Below are positions 62,021 to 64,000 of a DNA stretch of 64,000 bases, one piece after another. Made by a program: the position numbers and the translations under genes. The stretch's first letter is position 1; each line of letters begins with the position of its first letter. The DNA comes from Mizuhopecten yessoensis (Eukaryota), in the NCBI RefSeq assembly GCF_002113885.1, contig NW_018479851.1:1-64000 (forward strand). Direction: 5' to 3'. The notes beneath the pieces are model-generated. The model was not told the origin of the DNA and searched no databases. It worked only from the letters and a program-made list of their open reading frames with translations.

Positions 62021-62439
62021 CCAGCTGGCGCCCAATGTCTAAGAGTTCTACAGGTTATACAATGTACGAGTTACTTCCGTTGCATTGCATTGAGTTTAAA
62101 AACCCGAGTAAATAGATTGGTGTATACAATACTTTGCATTATTTAGACAATAAACTGGGAATCTTAAATATTGTTAGGTTATGGCACGAACCTTAATCTA
62201 AACAGAAGAAAAAGTGGAAAATATCACAAAAAGACTTTAAACATATCCAAAAAAGACCCGAACAAAGTCCCAAAACGACCTTTCATTCTGTTACTAAAAC
62301 CACTTCTTACCGGAACACGTGTGCCGCACATGTTCCGTCGTGGTTTATTGAACAGCTGTGCAGAACATCCAAAGCAACGAAGGACCCAAGATCAACGAAC
62401 CTTGGCAATTTGTCTCATAGGAGAAAATCAATACGCTCT

Positions 62440-62880
62440 TAAGAGCATAAATGTTTTATGAATTGAAAAAACATGTAGAAGAACAGAAACAGAATGTTAA
62501 TTGAGACAATGGCAAAATGGCATGTTTCAGGGAGGTAATACGATGAGAACATTTAAACTGTTCAAAAAAAGTTATGAAGCAGAACTATATGTACGGAGTG
62601 CATTAGCCAAGATGTGGTGTAGCTCCACTTCGAATAGAAACAGGGCCGTAGTGTTGGGCGGTGTGAGAGATTGCCAGTTGAAGAAAGATTACGTTTTAAT
62701 TGTATATTCCATATGAATGTGAAAGACATGTCTTACTCGAATGTCCTCTGTACACCGATTTATGTGGTGAATTAAACGAGTATTCTGCTAGGACTGTGTA
62801 TGGTTGTCAGATTCCTTAGTAATCATACCATCAATATTACTGCTAAAAGTCTGTTTGAGTTTTTCTTGTCGCCACATACT
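62440..62880 (+). mobile_element. Degenerate LINE ORF2 C-terminal remnant
   Basis: Frame-broken GGNxxRTFKLFK..EAELYV..RSALAK..CGVAPLRIETG..LECPLYxDL, typical of the post-RT region of L2/CR1-group elements. Confidence 0.65.
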
Positions 62881-63519
62881 GTTATATCACTGATCGTTTA
62901 ATTCATACAATTCACAAAGAACTAGCTAGTTGTTGGAAGGCAAAACTCCGACTCCAGATGTATATCTACGCTTATGAACCCTAACGATACTCATTTTTGT
63001 GTATTTTAATGTTATACCAATGACCATGTTAACAGGTTAAAGGGTCATTTTAGCCTTAAACAATTTTTAAGTATCTCATAATTCCTACTAAAGAATTGAC
63101 ATCAGACATATGTGAATGGGCATGTGTGGTTATTGTAGTACATGTCACGACAATGTTGTATTTAACGCCGGTATGCATTCTGATGTGTAACATATGTCCA
63201 ACATATTTGATTGATTTGGTTTGAGCTACAAAACAAAATTAATGTAGACTTAAGGCAAAACACATACACACAGGTAAATTCATCTGCTGTGGATTATAAT
63301 CAATATAAACCAATTACCGACGTTTTCTGGTCCACATTTAAGCAAGAACCACTATTAGGTATAACTGCCATATGTCCATATTTATTATATAAGTAAGACA
63401 TTCATTTTAGTTAAAATGTTTTTTATATTTCCCTTACAGAGTGACCTATATCCATTTTAAGTTAATGCTGGGATGCCATGCGGGAAAATTATCAAAAGAA
63501 AAATATGAAGTGATGATAT

Positions 63520-64000
63520 ATAAAAAGAAGCATGCTGGTATGAGGTCTACCAAGTTTGTTCGAATGAATGACCTTCGTCCATATTCAGGTTTACAGGGGT
63601 CAAATATGTTGAAAACTTTAAACGACTTCTTCTGAATATCTAAACGGGGACCTTGTCGATGATATTTGGCTAGTACATATAACATGCATGGATAACGGGC
63701 AACCAATTTTGTTCAAATGAATGGTTTTTATGTGAATGACCTTTACACACTTTCAATGTCACATCTTGTCAATTGTGTATAAATCTTTGAAAGTCATCTT
63801 CTCAGTAAACAAAATGTCTAGGGTGGTGAAAATTGGCAAGCTGCATTCTGCGATGAAGGGCTATAACGTTTGTTCAATTTAATGTCCTTGTTTAACGTTC
63901 AAGGTAACATGGGTCAAATGTGTTTAAATCTTAATTTAACAGGTTCTTTTGAATGACTTTGAGTCAAGACACTGATATTTTGCCTGTCACTTTATTTTAC
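63520..64000 (+). mobile_element. Degenerate HINE-like internal repeats (same family as 33800-34800 and 49003-49921)
   Basis: Recurrent AATGAATGACCTT, CAAGGTCACAGGGGTCAAATGTGTT, ACTTCTTCTGAATA motifs. Confidence 0.55.

Overview
AT-rich, intron-rich animal genomic DNA, most likely a bivalve mollusc (inferred from the repeat types), not prokaryotic. I assembled four intact spliced genes by hand from GT-AG junctions with consistent reading phase: an SLC22-family transporter (minus, 10 coding exons, ~566 aa), STEEP1/CXorf56 (minus, 7 exons, 210 aa), CDK9 (plus, 4 exons, 406 aa; head-to-head with STEEP1, 296 bp between the ATGs) and an arylsulfatase B-like gene (minus, 8 exons, 496 aa). The rest is LINE remnants, tRNA-derived SINEs, Helentron-type non-autonomous elements with internal tandem arrays, hairpin MITEs, a nested TIR-transposon composite and several minisatellites. 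Top observations: (1) the sulfatase has a serine-type S-T-P-T-R active-site motif where animal sulfatases have C-x-P-x-R, with all other catalytic motifs intact; (2) CDK9 has Ser at the normally Phe gatekeeper position; (3) one LINE has a twin-priming-like 5' inversion; (4) a 3.2-kb element with a 9-bp TSD carries a Kolobok-like element, a SINE and a higher-order satellite.
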